Notes under the pieces: model-generated
Seen by the model: the letters and a program-made list of their open reading frames with translations, nothing else
Told to the model about the DNA's origin: nothing
The model's database searches: none
Position numbers and translations under genes: made by a program
Source of the DNA: Nitrospinales bacterium
GTDB taxonomy: Bacteria; Nitrospinota; Nitrospinia; Nitrospinales; JAJDAT01
NCBI GenBank assembly: GCA_046757665.1
Contig: JBHHYO010000001.1
Location: 49,788-113,787, forward strand
Direction of reading: 5' to 3'
Length of the DNA: 64,000 bases
Shown here: positions 7,765 to 18,483 of the stretch, in pieces
Numbering within the stretch: the stretch's first letter is position 1
How the letters are laid out: the number at the start of each line of letters is the position of its first letter

Positions 7765-10700
7765 ATGCCGTACCCCGCCACTGGCCTCAAAAATTTTTCT
7801 CTGGACTTTAAAAACTCGTTTCGCCGTCCGCGGGACGGGGAAAAAATCGAATTGTCGCCGCCATCGGGGTTTGCCTTGATGCCCGAAGGCGGCCTGGTTG
7901 TCGCCGACGACTTCAACCACCGCATCCAGCTTTACGACCGGGAACACAACCTGCAAACCTGTTTCGGGGAAAAGGGAAAAGACAACGGACAGTTCATGTA
8001 TCCCCGGGGGATTGCCGTCGATTCCGAGGGACATATTTATGTCGCTGACAGCTGGAATCACCGTGTGCAAAAGTTCGACGCATCGGGAAACCATTTGTTG
8101 ACTTTTGGCGATCATGGGGAAGGGTGGGGACAGTTGAACGAGCCTTACGATGTTCTGGCGCTTCCCTCGGGCGAAATCGTCGTCGTGGAGCGATACAACC
8201 ATCGAATCCAGTTTTTCGACGCCGGGGGACATTCCCTCGGTTGGGTTGGAGCCCGCGGGACCGTGCTGGAAGACCGGCTGGCGCAGATTTATGAAACGCC
8301 TCCCCATCTTTTTCCCCGGCCGGTATTTGAATTTCCAACCTCCATCGCGCAGGACAGCCTGGGAAACTTTTTCGTCGCCGACAGCGGCAACCATAGAATC
8401 GTCAAGTTCGATCCGCGGTGGAACCTCGTTGGAGTCATTGGCGAAAAGGGCGGCGAAGCCGGGCAATTTCAATACCCTCTCTGCGTCGCAACCGGTCCAA
8501 ACGATTTGTTATACGTTGCCGACCTGAATAACAATCGGGTTCAGGTGTTTACCTCGCAAGGGCAGTTCCTGACGGCGATTGATGAAGGCGGCGAAAAAAT
8601 CCAAACGCCCTGCCTGACTCTTGTGGATGCCGAGGGACGACTGTACGTTGGGTTGACTTTCAACCCCGCCGTTCTGGTTTTTCAAACCTCATCCCGCTCT
8701 CCGGATTCTATTTATAAAAGCTTCGCCGAAGAGCAAGCGAAGGATTTCCGGGTGTTCTTTTCCCGGGGAAACTTTCACGAAGAAACCGGGTCGGCGGACC
8801 TCGCGCTGGAAGCCTACGGCAAGGCCGTTTCCATTTTAGCGGCTCAAGGCGGTCAGGATTCTTTTGACCCGTCTTTCGGTTTCGAGCAAGCCGCCTGTCT
8901 CCCCTTGCGTTTTTGCCGGGCGGCGGCTCAGGGTCCGCACGACCGGGAAATTGAGTCCTCGCTTCTGCAATGTCTGGATATTTATGATGCGCTTACCCGG
9001 AGCCTCTACCAAAAAATTCTGGATCGCAAGAAAGAATGGGACGACGCGGCGACAATTTATTTTCGGGAATTGATCCGCGAGGAAAACCTGATCCTGAACC
9101 AAAAAGAGGACCCCCTTGCGTTCAACAAAAAACTTTATTCGGCGGAAAAGGCGGACAAAACATTTTTCCGCGAAATCCGGATTTTGTTTTACTACTACAG
9201 GAAGGTTTGTGAGCAAAAGGCGGAATTCGTTCTTGCCTTGTTACATTCCGAATTGTCCGCCCAGGGCGTGGAAAAACTCGTGGCCTCCCTTGAATCCAGG
9301 TACCACGCCATCTGCGGCGAAATCAACGTGATTCTGGATGACAAGGAAAACCATGAGGTCGCCATGGTCGGCGCTTTGTCTGGCGCGGAAAATAACGAGG
9401 AGAAATGGGAGAGCTTTCGCATCAAATCCATGCTCAACGCCAGGCTCATGGACAGCCTCAAGCATTTTTTGTTTGAGTTGCGTTCTATTTTGAAAAGTAT
9501 CAAGGCGACGGCCTTGAAGTTTCAAAACGCTTCGGTAAGAAACTGCTTGACGGAACTGTTCATCAAAGTGCCCGTCGCTTCCCTGATTCCCTCCATTTTG
9601 TTACGGATTCAGGAAGATTGGGACACGCTCCCCTCCCTGGAAACGGAACACAAGGAAATTCTGGATATCTGGCTTGCGGGGCATCGGGGGCAAGGAGAAG
9701 TGCGGCGTGTCGACAACGATTTTTTCGCTCCGGTTCCTTACGATGTTGAGGATGTGGATACCGGGGACATTGTGCGTGCCCTGTTGATGGAGGGGGCGCC
9801 GCCGGCAAAAACCGAACAGGGGCTGGCTTGCGGTAATGAAATTTATCCGCCGGAATCCCTCGGAGACGATGCCGAAAACATCTGCGCACAGTTGCGGGCC
9901 GTGCTGGACAATTCCGCGACATATGAGAAAAAAACCGCAGAGACCTTCAAGGAGCTGGAATCTTTTTCCCTGCAAAAGGCCGACCTGGAAACCAAACTGA
10001 AGAACGTCAATCCTCGCGACAAAAAAGAGCCTATCCCTTTGCGCAACAACCTTCAGGTCGTGGAATTCCAGATCAACCTGTTGAAACGGATGATCAAGAC
10101 GTTGGAAATCAATGAAATGAACAACCTGCTCAAGCTGGTTCTCGGCGCCGCGTTGGCGGCTGTTGCTCCCGTCTGCCGCGACCGCAAGCCGACCCGGGAT
10201 TTGTTCGATGCGCTACGATCTTACCGGGACGATTTGCAGGCAAGGACCGCAAGCGCCACCCTGCAAATGAAATCCGTGGTCCTGAAAAAGGGCGCCCTGG
10301 AAAAGCAACTGAAAGAAGAACTTTTCAAACACGATATCAGTCATATCGATCAATCCGTTAAAATCAAGGACGGCCTTTTAAAGGCGCAAATAGAATTGAA
10401 CCGCTTGACGGCGGATTTGGCCCGCCGTTTCAGGCCTAAAAACCTCCTGGACAAATTATTCGATTTCGTTTCGCAAGCCGGGGAAGCCGCATCCGCGCAG
10501 GACGGTTTTCGCATGAAGTTCAAGTTTGTGTCCGGAGGGCTGGGTTTGGACGCCGGACACTTTCTTTATCCTCTCGGCATTACGCACACTCCGGAAGGCG
10601 ATTTGCTGATAGCCGACTATGACCGTCATTTGATCCGCAAATTTTCCCGGGAAGGGGTCTACCGCTTCTCTTTTGGGGGGATGGGCAATGCCCGGGGGGC

Positions 10701-11370
10701 TTTTAACTCGCCCGCCGGGGTGCAGGTCGATCCGCGGGGAAACATCTATGTGGCGGACCAACTGAACCACCGCATCCAGAAACTCGCGCCGGACGGGAAA
10801 TTCCTTTTGGCTTTTGGCGACCGGGGAAAACAGGAAGAGCGGCTGGGGGAAATCTATTCTCTTTCCATGGATACGGAAAACAATATCTGGGTGGCCGATC
10901 CGCAACATCACCGCGTGGCTATTTTCTCCCCGCTGGGGGAATACCTGCGCGCCATCGGCAAGCAGGGAAAGCGCCCCGAGGAACTTTGCGAGCCCGTCAG
11001 CGTCTGTTGCCTGGAAAACGGCGATTACCTGGTGGGAGACCGGTCGGAGTATGTTTTAAAACGTTTCAACCCGAAAGGCGAGCTGTTACACGTCCTCAAA
11101 AAAGACATTCCCACCATCGACGTGGTATTTTTCCTGACCTCGGATCCCCGCTACGGAATCTTCGCCGCGGAGTCGCTGAACAAACGGCTTCTCCGGCTGA
11201 ATTCCAAACTGGAGCCGGTCTTTATCTATCATTGTCCCGGCGACCGTGCCGGCGGATTTGGAATTATCGGCGGATTATCCATTCACGGCGACACCCTGAT
11301 GGTGACGGATTCGGGAAACCACCGGATCCAGGCTTTTGAGTTGCAACTGAAGGATCACGTCTCCACTTAG
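7765..11370 (+). CDS. Large protein with N- and C-terminal NHL beta-propellers joined by a helical/coiled-coil region
   Basis: Repeats such as FMYPRGIAVDSEGHIYVADSWNHRVQKF occur at both ends (C-terminal example FNSPAGVQVDPRGNIYVADQLNHRIQK). The central ~600 aa are rich in L/E/K. Confidence 0.85.
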   Translation: MPYPATGLKNFSLDFKNSFRRPRDGEKIELSPPSGFALMPEGGLVVADDFNHRIQLYDREHNLQTCFGEKGKDNGQFMYPRGIAVDSEGHIYVADSWNHRVQKFDASGNHLLTFGDHGEGWGQLNEPYDVLALPSGEIVVVERYNHRIQFFDAGGHSLGWVGARGTVLEDRLAQIYETPPHLFPRPVFEFPTSIAQDSLGNFFVADSGNHRIVKFDPRWNLVGVIGEKGGEAGQFQYPLCVATGPNDLLYVADLNNNRVQVFTSQGQFLTAIDEGGEKIQTPCLTLVDAEGRLYVGLTFNPAVLVFQTSSRSPDSIYKSFAEEQAKDFRVFFSRGNFHEETGSADLALEAYGKAVSILAAQGGQDSFDPSFGFEQAACLPLRFCRAAAQGPHDREIESSLLQCLDIYDALTRSLYQKILDRKKEWDDAATIYFRELIREENLILNQKEDPLAFNKKLYSAEKADKTFFREIRILFYYYRKVCEQKAEFVLALLHSELSAQGVEKLVASLESRYHAICGEINVILDDKENHEVAMVGALSGAENNEEKWESFRIKSMLNARLMDSLKHFLFELRSILKSIKATALKFQNASVRNCLTELFIKVPVASLIPSILLRIQEDWDTLPSLETEHKEILDIWLAGHRGQGEVRRVDNDFFAPVPYDVEDVDTGDIVRALLMEGAPPAKTEQGLACGNEIYPPESLGDDAENICAQLRAVLDNSATYEKKTAETFKELESFSLQKADLETKLKNVNPRDKKEPIPLRNNLQVVEFQINLLKRMIKTLEINEMNNLLKLVLGAALAAVAPVCRDRKPTRDLFDALRSYRDDLQARTASATLQMKSVVLKKGALEKQLKEELFKHDISHIDQSVKIKDGLLKAQIELNRLTADLARRFRPKNLLDKLFDFVSQAGEAASAQDGFRMKFKFVSGGLGLDAGHFLYPLGITHTPEGDLLIADYDRHLIRKFSREGVYRFSFGGMGNARGAFNSPAGVQVDPRGNIYVADQLNHRIQKLAPDGKFLLAFGDRGKQEERLGEIYSLSMDTENNIWVADPQHHRVAIFSPLGEYLRAIGKQGKRPEELCEPVSVCCLENGDYLVGDRSEYVLKRFNPKGELLHVLKKDIPTIDVVFFLTSDPRYGIFAAESLNKRLLRLNSKLEPVFIYHCPGDRAGGFGIIGGLSIHGDTLMVTDSGNHRIQAFELQLKDHVST

Positions 11371-12020
11371 CCCTTTTGGGTGACTCCCACTCTTTTGCAG
11401 AACTCGGCGATGCGGCATGAATCGCAAAGCGGCGATAAGGGTTTGCAGACGTTTTGCCCAAAAGCCACCAGCAAGCCGTTGAGTTCCTTCCAGAATTTTT
11501 TAGGCAATTTTTTCCTCAAAGCCTGTTCCGTGCTGTCCGGCGACCGGGTGGCGACGTAGCCCCACCGGTTGACGATCCTGTGAACATGGGTATCGACGCA
11601 GATTCCCGGTTTGTCGTAGCCCAGGATCACGGTCAGGTTGGCGGTTTTTCTGCCGACACCCTTGAGCTTCAGAAGTTCGTCTATGGAATCGGGAACCCGC
11701 CCGCCGTAGTTATCCAGCAGTCGCCGGCAGATATTGTGCAGGGTTTTGGTTTTCACCCGGTAGAAAGCCGCCGGGTAAATGGCGTTTTCAATGGATCGGG
11801 GGTCGAGACCGAGCATTGCGCCCGGCGTGTCGGCAAGGGCGAACAGGCGGCGAGTGGCGGCGTCCGTCACGGCGTCCCGCGTACGCAGGCTGAGGATGCA
11901 ACTCACGAGAACCCGGAACGGTTGTTTCTCCCGGCCGGCACGGACAACTGCTGGAGTTTCCCATTGCCGGGCGGCTTGTTTGACGAGATGGATTGCCTGT
12001 TCAATTTGTGATTGGGTCAC
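11367..12020 (-). CDS. nth: Endonuclease III (HhH-GPD DNA glycosylase)
   Basis: HhH motif LKGVGRKTAN, VDTHVHRI, and Fe-S motif CKPLSPLCDSCRIAEFC. Confidence 0.92.
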   Translation of the reverse strand: MTQSQIEQAIHLVKQAARQWETPAVVRAGREKQPFRVLVSCILSLRTRDAVTDAATRRLFALADTPGAMLGLDPRSIENAIYPAAFYRVKTKTLHNICRRLLDNYGGRVPDSIDELLKLKGVGRKTANLTVILGYDKPGICVDTHVHRIVNRWGYVATRSPDSTEQALRKKLPKKFWKELNGLLVAFGQNVCKPLSPLCDSCRIAEFCKRVGVTQKG

Positions 12021-12160
12021 GGTTGTTTCCCGGCGGCGGACAAAGTCGCGGGCTCTATGGAAAATGCGGAACGTTTTTGTTATTATAACCTCTTTGACCG
12101 CTCAAACTGAAAGCCCGTGGTTTGCGCTACTCATTAACTATTTAAACAACCTTTGACCCG

Positions 12161-12649
12161 ATGCAACATACGATTGCCGTTTTAGTCACCAACCGTTTTG
12201 GCGTGTTGTCGCGCATTTCCGGCTTGTTCAGTGGTCGCGGTTTCAATATCGAGAGTCTTAACGTAGCGGAAACCAACGACCCCAACGTCTCCCGAATGAC
12301 GATCGTCACCCGCGGCGACGACAAAAAAATCGAGCAAATTACCAAGCAGTTGAACAAGCTGATTGACATCATCAAGGTCGTCGACTTGACGGCGGAGAGC
12401 TTCATCGACCGTGAAATGATTCTGGTTAAAATGAACGCCGAACCCGCCGCGCGGGAGGAAATTCTTCGCATTGTCGGCATTTTCCGGGCCAAGGTTGTGG
12501 ATGTCAGCTCCTCCACCTACACGATCGAAATCACCGGCGACGAAGGCAAACTCAAGGGCATTTTGGAATTGTTGCGGCCCTTGGGGATCAAGGAAGTGGT
12601 GCGCTCCGGCAGAATCGCCCTGGCCCGGGGCATGAAGTCGATAAACTAA
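12161..12649 (+). CDS. ilvN: Acetolactate synthase small (regulatory) subunit
   Basis: ACT domain [51 protein letters not shown]. Confidence 0.95.
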   Translation: MQHTIAVLVTNRFGVLSRISGLFSGRGFNIESLNVAETNDPNVSRMTIVTRGDDKKIEQITKQLNKLIDIIKVVDLTAESFIDREMILVKMNAEPAAREEILRIVGIFRAKVVDVSSSTYTIEITGDEGKLKGILELLRPLGIKEVVRSGRIALARGMKSIN

Positions 12650-12711
12650 TCGGCAGGGAACAAGTACGTCTGTTTCTTGCTTCTCGAAGCACATGGAATA
12701 AGGAGAAAAAC

Positions 12712-13719
12712 GTGGGAAACATCTATTATGACCGAGACGCCGATTTAAAATACCTGGAAGGCAAAACCGTCGCCGTCATCGGTTACGGTAGCCAGGGTCA
12801 TGCTCATGCCCGGAATTTATATGACAGCGGCGTCAAGTCCCTGGTCGGCTTGCGAAGGGAGAGCGCCTTTTGGGACTGCGTCGTTAAGGACGGCCTGGAG
12901 GTCTTGACCGTCGCCGAGGCTTCCAAAAAAGCCGATATCATCATGATTCTGGTCCCGGACGACAAGCAACGCGACGTTTATTTAAAAGACATCCGGCCGC
13001 ACCTCGAAAAGGGAAACGCCCTGGCTTTTGGACATGGATTCAACATCCATTTCGGCCAGGTGGTTCCCCCGGACAATGTCGACGTTTTCATGGTTGCGCC
13101 CAAGGGTCCCGGACACTTGGTGCGCCGCACCTATGAGTCGGGCGCCGGCGTGCCCTGCCTGCTGGCCGTCGAGCAGGACGTATCGGGGACTTGCCAGCAA
13201 GTCGCTCTCGCTTACGCGAAAGCCATCGGCGGAACCCGCGCCGGTGTCCTGGAAACCAGCTTCCGGGAAGAAACGGAAACCGATCTCTTCGGTGAACAAG
13301 CTGTGCTGTGCGGAGGGCTGACCGAGTTGATCCGCGCGGCTTTCGACACGTTGGTCGAGGCCGGATACAATCCCGACCTGGCTTACTTTGAATGCCTCCA
13401 CGAGGTTAAACTCATCGTGGACCTGATTTACGAGGGCGGCATCGACAATATGCGTTACTCCATCAGCACCACCGCGGCTTACGGAGATGTTACCCGCGGG
13501 CCGAGAATTATCACCCAGGAAACCCGCAAGGCGATGAAGGGGATCCTGCGGGAAATCCAGAACGGCAGTTTTGCCCGGGAATTCATTCTCGAAAACCAGG
13601 CCAACCGGCCGGTTTTCAATGCCCGGTTGAAAGAAGATTCTCAGCACATGATCGAAGATGTCGGCGAACGGTTGCGCAAAATGATGCCTTTTGTCGGTTC
13701 GAAAATTAACAAACCGTGA
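12712..13719 (+). CDS. ilvC: Ketol-acid reductoisomerase
   Basis: [43 protein letters not shown] precedes the GTG start. Confidence 0.97.
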   Translation: MGNIYYDRDADLKYLEGKTVAVIGYGSQGHAHARNLYDSGVKSLVGLRRESAFWDCVVKDGLEVLTVAEASKKADIIMILVPDDKQRDVYLKDIRPHLEKGNALAFGHGFNIHFGQVVPPDNVDVFMVAPKGPGHLVRRTYESGAGVPCLLAVEQDVSGTCQQVALAYAKAIGGTRAGVLETSFREETETDLFGEQAVLCGGLTELIRAAFDTLVEAGYNPDLAYFECLHEVKLIVDLIYEGGIDNMRYSISTTAAYGDVTRGPRIITQETRKAMKGILREIQNGSFAREFILENQANRPVFNARLKEDSQHMIEDVGERLRKMMPFVGSKINKP

Positions 13720-14372
13720 TGGTGGAAAAAACACGGATACCGATAGCAAGGGAAGGACTTGTCTTCATCATTCCCTTGGGTTTGTTGAGCAGTTTTCTGT
13801 GGCTGGCGGAATGGACGATCACCGCCTCGGTCATTACCGGTTTATTTTTGTTTGTGCTTTATTTTTTTCGCGATCCGGAGCGGGCAATCCCGCCGGGTGA
13901 AGACATCATCGTTTCTCCGGCGGACGGGAAGATCATGGAAATTACCTCTGACGTGGATCCTTTCCTGGGCGAAGCGTTTACCCGCGTTACTATTTTTTTG
14001 TCTGTGTTCAACGTTCACATTAACCGGGCGCCCATTGGCGGGGAAGTCGAAAAAAAACGTTACGACCCCGGCAAAATGCTGGCCGCATTCAACCCCAGGG
14101 CTTCAAAGGAAAATGAGCAGAATATTCTTCTGTTCGGCAATGGCCGAGCCCATATTCTGGTCAAACAAATTACCGGACTGATCGCGCGCCGCATTGTTTG
14201 CTGGGCCAACGTGGGCGACAGCTATGCCCTGGGCCAGCGGTTTGGCCTGATCCGCTTCGGCTCGCGGGTGGACATTTTCGTCCCGGCGGGAACCCGGCTG
14301 GCAGTGAAACCGGGCGACCACGTCAAGGGTGCGAGCAGTCTCATCGGCTATTTGCCGAAGGATGCGCCATGA
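13716..14372 (+). CDS. psd: Phosphatidylserine decarboxylase proenzyme
   Basis: [25 protein letters not shown], and the autocleavage motif FGSRVD. Confidence 0.93.
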   Translation: MMVEKTRIPIAREGLVFIIPLGLLSSFLWLAEWTITASVITGLFLFVLYFFRDPERAIPPGEDIIVSPADGKIMEITSDVDPFLGEAFTRVTIFLSVFNVHINRAPIGGEVEKKRYDPGKMLAAFNPRASKENEQNILLFGNGRAHILVKQITGLIARRIVCWANVGDSYALGQRFGLIRFGSRVDIFVPAGTRLAVKPGDHVKGASSLIGYLPKDAP

Positions 14373-15121
14373 AAATAAGAAAAGGTATTTACATTCTGCC
14401 CAGTCTGTTCACGACGGGAAATATCTTCTGCGGCTTCTACACGTTTGTCGCCGTGTTGAATGAAGAGTTTTACCTGGCCGCCTGGGCCATCGTTCTGGCC
14501 ATTGTCTTTGACGGCCTGGACGGCAGAGTGGCCCGTTTGACCAAAACCACCAGTAAATTCGGCGTTCAATTCGATTCGCTGGCGGATATCATCTCATTCG
14601 GCATGGCGCCCGCGTTCATGGTTTTTTCCTGGAAGCTCAAGCCGTTCGGGCGCATAGGCTGGATGGCCGCCTTCCTGTTTTTGATCTGCGGAGCCTTGCG
14701 GCTGGCCCGATTCAATACCATGAAGTCCGACGAAGACGAAGATGGTTACTTTAACGGCCTTCCCATACCCGGCGCCGCCGCGGTGATTGCCTCGATTGTC
14801 ATTTTGTCCGAGGACCGGATTTTCACCCAGTTCCCGCCGGTATTTCTGGTCGTCATCGTTTACGTCTTGGCTTTTCTCATGGTCAGCAATATCAAATACC
14901 CCGCGTTCAAGAAGGTGGGGCTTAAAGCGCGGGTGCCTTTCGCCCGGTTTCTTTTTGTCGTTCTGGTGTTTTACCTGTTTGCGACGATTCCCCGCCTGGC
15001 TCTGGCATTTGTCAGTTTTTCTTACGCGCTCTTCGGCCCTTTGAGATTTTTGGTTTTGGTTGTCAGGAAAAAAACCGCTCCGAATACGTCGGCGACCCGG
15101 AACCGTCCGGAAAAATTTTGA
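14369..15121 (+). CDS. pssA: CDP-diacylglycerol--serine O-phosphatidyltransferase
   Basis: ATGA overlap with psd. DGLDGRVAR...G.QFDSLADIISFG and RLARFN motifs. Confidence 0.93.
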   Translation: MKIRKGIYILPSLFTTGNIFCGFYTFVAVLNEEFYLAAWAIVLAIVFDGLDGRVARLTKTTSKFGVQFDSLADIISFGMAPAFMVFSWKLKPFGRIGWMAAFLFLICGALRLARFNTMKSDEDEDGYFNGLPIPGAAAVIASIVILSEDRIFTQFPPVFLVVIVYVLAFLMVSNIKYPAFKKVGLKARVPFARFLFVVLVFYLFATIPRLALAFVSFSYALFGPLRFLVLVVRKKTAPNTSATRNRPEKF

Positions 15122-15242
15122 TCGCAAGGCATTTGGGGAATCAATACGCCTGGAGCGGATCCGGGAAGAATTTCCCTTTCACCAAGCGGTCCCCCCTCTC
15201 GCCGGGGAGATCCCCGTCTAAAGCTGTCGGCAAAAGGCCCTC

Positions 15243-16082
15243 ATGTCCTGGTTAGATAAATTCAAGGCCGGAATCGGCAAAAAAATTTCCAAACCCGAGG
15301 AAATCTGGGTTGAATGTCCGAAATGCCGGAAAAACAACCTCGCCGCCGAGCTGGAAACAATTCTCTTCGTCTGTCCCAAATGCGACAACCATCTTCGCAT
15401 GGGCGCCTTGGAGCGGATTCATATGATCCTCGAACCGGACGGTTTGACCCAGTACGATCAAGGCCTGGTGTCCGTCGATCCGTTGAAGTTCAAGGACAAA
15501 AAAAAATACAAGGATCGTATTAAATCAGCGCTCAAAAAAACATCCGGTAGCGATGCGGTCATTACCGCTTCCGGAATGCTGGGCGAGCACCGCGTCGAGG
15601 TGTGCGCGTTTGAGTTCAGCTTCATGGGAGGAAGCATGGGGTCGGTCGTCGGAGAAAAGATCACCCGTAGCATTGATCGGGCCATCCAGAACGACACGCC
15701 GTTGATTATTTTCAGCAGTTCGGGCGGCGCCCGTATGCAGGAGGGAATTCTTTCCCTGATGCAAATGGCCAAAACCTCCTCCGCCCTGCAACAGCTTGCG
15801 GAACGGAAGATTCCCTATATCTCCGTTTTAACCGATCCCACCACGGGAGGAGTCTCGGCCAGCCTGGCCATGCTGGGCGACATCATTCTGGCGGAACCGG
15901 GCGCCCTGATTGGTTTTGCCGGTCGCCGGGTGATCGAGCAGACCATTCAGGAAAAAATTCCCGACGGCTTTCAAACCGCCGAATTCCTGCTACAAAACGG
16001 ATTGATCGACAACGTAGTTCACAGGCGGGACATGAAAAAAACGCTGGCCAAGTTGCTGACCTTGCTCAAAAACCGGAATTGA
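15243..16082 (+). CDS. accD: Acetyl-CoA carboxylase carboxyltransferase beta subunit
   Basis: Zinc ribbon CPKC...CPKC, FMGGSMGSVVGE, SGGARMQEG, PTTGGV, GFAGRRVIEQ. Confidence 0.96.
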   Translation: MSWLDKFKAGIGKKISKPEEIWVECPKCRKNNLAAELETILFVCPKCDNHLRMGALERIHMILEPDGLTQYDQGLVSVDPLKFKDKKKYKDRIKSALKKTSGSDAVITASGMLGEHRVEVCAFEFSFMGGSMGSVVGEKITRSIDRAIQNDTPLIIFSSSGGARMQEGILSLMQMAKTSSALQQLAERKIPYISVLTDPTTGGVSASLAMLGDIILAEPGALIGFAGRRVIEQTIQEKIPDGFQTAEFLLQNGLIDNVVHRRDMKKTLAKLLTLLKNRN

Positions 16083-16085
16083 CCG

Positions 16086-17048
16086 TTAAACCCCAAGACT
16101 GCTCACGGCGTCCTGTAGCGACATGGCGATACAGGTAAAAATCGGAATGTCGTTTTCCGTGTAGCGGCTACCCTCCGTTTCCCTGAGGTCCATGACCAGG
16201 TCCAGAAAGTCCTGCGGATAGTCCGTCTCGAAGGCAACGACAAACTCGTTGTCGTCCAGACCGAACGAGTAGCTGGTGTTCAGTTTTACCGACGGGTACT
16301 TGTTGCCGATATAAATGTGCTCATCCATGATCCCCTGGCGGGTATGCTTGGTGAGCAGGTACCATTCCCGCTTCTTGGTGAAGGGGTAGATGAACAGATA
16401 CTTTGCCTTGCCCGGAATGATATGGGTCCGGTCTTCCTCATGTTCCGGGTTGAAGATATCGAGGTAGGTGGACTGTTTGGTCATGGAAAGATAAGAGTAA
16501 GTCTGGTTCAGGTATTTGCCTAACCCGGTGCTGTGCATCTTGGTGGTCATTTTCTGGAAATTTTCGATCTCATAGCTAATGCGCCAGAACATGATATCCG
16601 CGTCGCAACGAATACCCACCGTCGAATAACTCAGGACAATGATGTCGTCGTTGCTGTCGTAATCTTCGAGGACGTCGAGGTATTCCTTTTTCGCCTTGGC
16701 CTGCTCTTCCTGGGAAAGGCGCCTGAAAGCCGGGTCGAGCTTGTAAAACGCAAAATTGATGAACTGCCGCTTCACCTCTTTCTTGCCTTCAACAGCCTGG
16801 GTTTTTGCTTTTTCCTGTTCGGCTTGTCTTTTCTGCATCGCCGCGCCTTCACGCTCCTGCCGCGCGCGCGACACGACATCGTCATCTATGACCGAAACGC
16901 CGATGTCCTTGGCAAACTGCTCAATGCCGCGCACGACGCCCTTGCGCACGAAGAAAGGCACGTTTTTCATGCGGGCGCTGGCGCTTTCCGTCCATTGCAA
17001 CTCCGTTGTGGGCATCGACTCTTCCAGTTCCTTGTCATCAATACTCAT
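16086..17048 (-). CDS. Chlorite dismutase/coproheme decarboxylase (ChdC/HemQ) family protein with N-terminal PCP_red-like domain
   Basis: Probable start MSIDDK at 17048. N-terminal WTESASARMKNVPFFVRKGVVRGIEQFAK is PCP_red-like. C-terminal YPFTKKREWYLL, MDEHIYIG and SFGLDDNEFVVAFETD are Cld/ChdC-family motifs. Confidence 0.85.
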   Translation of the reverse strand: MSIDDKELEESMPTTELQWTESASARMKNVPFFVRKGVVRGIEQFAKDIGVSVIDDDVVSRARQEREGAAMQKRQAEQEKAKTQAVEGKKEVKRQFINFAFYKLDPAFRRLSQEEQAKAKKEYLDVLEDYDSNDDIIVLSYSTVGIRCDADIMFWRISYEIENFQKMTTKMHSTGLGKYLNQTYSYLSMTKQSTYLDIFNPEHEEDRTHIIPGKAKYLFIYPFTKKREWYLLTKHTRQGIMDEHIYIGNKYPSVKLNTSYSFGLDDNEFVVAFETDYPQDFLDLVMDLRETEGSRYTENDIPIFTCIAMSLQDAVSSLGV

Positions 17049-17260
17049 GGTTTGTTCTCTGCTTTGTTGGGTTTTTAAAAAAAATCTTTTCCGGTTCAGG
17101 GAGGATTCGACGGCCTTCCCGCGGAAGTTCACTTTAAAATGAATTGAATTAAAATCTATAATAGACTGGGCGAAATGGAATTTCAACCATTATGCCCCTC
17201 GATTTTTAGGCGGCGCGGTTTTCGATCTCCGGGGCGCCCGGTTCACAAGGAAGCGGAACG

Positions 17261-18463
17261 ATGAACACACAGGATTACATCCGATTGGAAAACGAATACG
17301 GCGCGCATAATTATCAGCCGCTCGATGTGGTATTGTGCCGGGGCGAAGGCATTTGGGTCTGGGATGTCGAAGGCAAAAAGTACCTGGATTGCCTGTCGTC
17401 CTACTCCGCCGTGAACCAGGGCCATTGCCACCCCAAAATCTTGCGTACCCTGGTCGAGCAGGCCGGCAAACTGACGCTCGTCTCGCGCGCGTTCCGCAAC
17501 GACCAACTGGGCTTGTTTTACCGGGAAATCTGCGAGCTGACCCGGTCGCACAGCGTACTGCCCATGAACAGCGGCGCCGAGGCCGTCGAGTCCGCCATCA
17601 AGGCGGTGCGCAAGTGGGGCTACCAGATCAAGAAAGTCCCGCCGGGCCGGGCGGAAATCATCACCTGCGCCAACAATTTTCACGGCCGCACCCTGACCAT
17701 TGTCGGATTCAGCACCGAGTCCCAGTACCGCGACGGTTACGCCCCCTTCACCCCCGGATTCAAAACCATCCCCTTCGGCGACGCGGCAAGCCTGGAGAAA
17801 ACCATCACCGACAATACCGTTGCGTTCCTGGTCGAGCCCATCCAGGGAGAGGGCGGGGTGGTCCTGCCGCCGCCGGGCTATTTGAAATCCGTCCGCAAAA
17901 TCTGCGACGACCGCAACGTCATTCTGGTGCTCGACGAAATACAAACCGGGCTGGGCCGCACCGGCAAACTGTTCGCCGAGGAGTACGATTCCATTCAGTC
18001 GGACCTGACCCTAGTGGGCAAGGCATTGTCCGGTGGCTTCTATCCCGTCTCCGCCGTACTCTCCAACAAGGAGGTGCTCGGCGTTTTCCGGCCGGGCGAC
18101 CACGGGAGCACCTTCGGCGGCAATCCCCTGGCCTGCGCCGTGGCGCGGACGGCGCTGAAAACGCTGGTGGAGGAACGTATGATCGAAAACGCCGCCGCCA
18201 TGGGAGAATATTTTTTAGCCAAACTTCATGAAATCGATTCCCCGCATATCAAGGAAATCCGCGGCCGGGGACTGCTGATCGGCGTCGAGCTGTTTCCGCA
18301 GGCCGGCGGGGCGCGCCGGTTTTGCGAGGCGCTCATGCAAACGGGCATCCTTTGCAAGGAAACCCATCAACACGTCATCCGCTTCGCGCCGCCCCTCATC
18401 ATCCGGAAAGAAAACATCGACTGGGCCATGGAGCGGATTCACACCGCGCTGACGCGGAAGTGA
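17261..18463 (+). CDS. rocD: Ornithine--oxo-acid aminotransferase
   Basis: [52 protein letters not shown] (PLP lysine), [11 protein letters not shown]. Confidence 0.95.
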   Translation: MNTQDYIRLENEYGAHNYQPLDVVLCRGEGIWVWDVEGKKYLDCLSSYSAVNQGHCHPKILRTLVEQAGKLTLVSRAFRNDQLGLFYREICELTRSHSVLPMNSGAEAVESAIKAVRKWGYQIKKVPPGRAEIITCANNFHGRTLTIVGFSTESQYRDGYAPFTPGFKTIPFGDAASLEKTITDNTVAFLVEPIQGEGGVVLPPPGYLKSVRKICDDRNVILVLDEIQTGLGRTGKLFAEEYDSIQSDLTLVGKALSGGFYPVSAVLSNKEVLGVFRPGDHGSTFGGNPLACAVARTALKTLVEERMIENAAAMGEYFLAKLHEIDSPHIKEIRGRGLLIGVELFPQAGGARRFCEALMQTGILCKETHQHVIRFAPPLIIRKENIDWAMERIHTALTRK

Positions 18464-18483
18464 TCGCGGCCCGCCTTTGACGC

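Noticed and set aside
16086-17048. Calling this a bona fide chlorite dismutase (cld)
   Set aside because: The YPFxK motif and no evident distal Arg fit ChdC-like proteins better, so the gene symbol is withheld.
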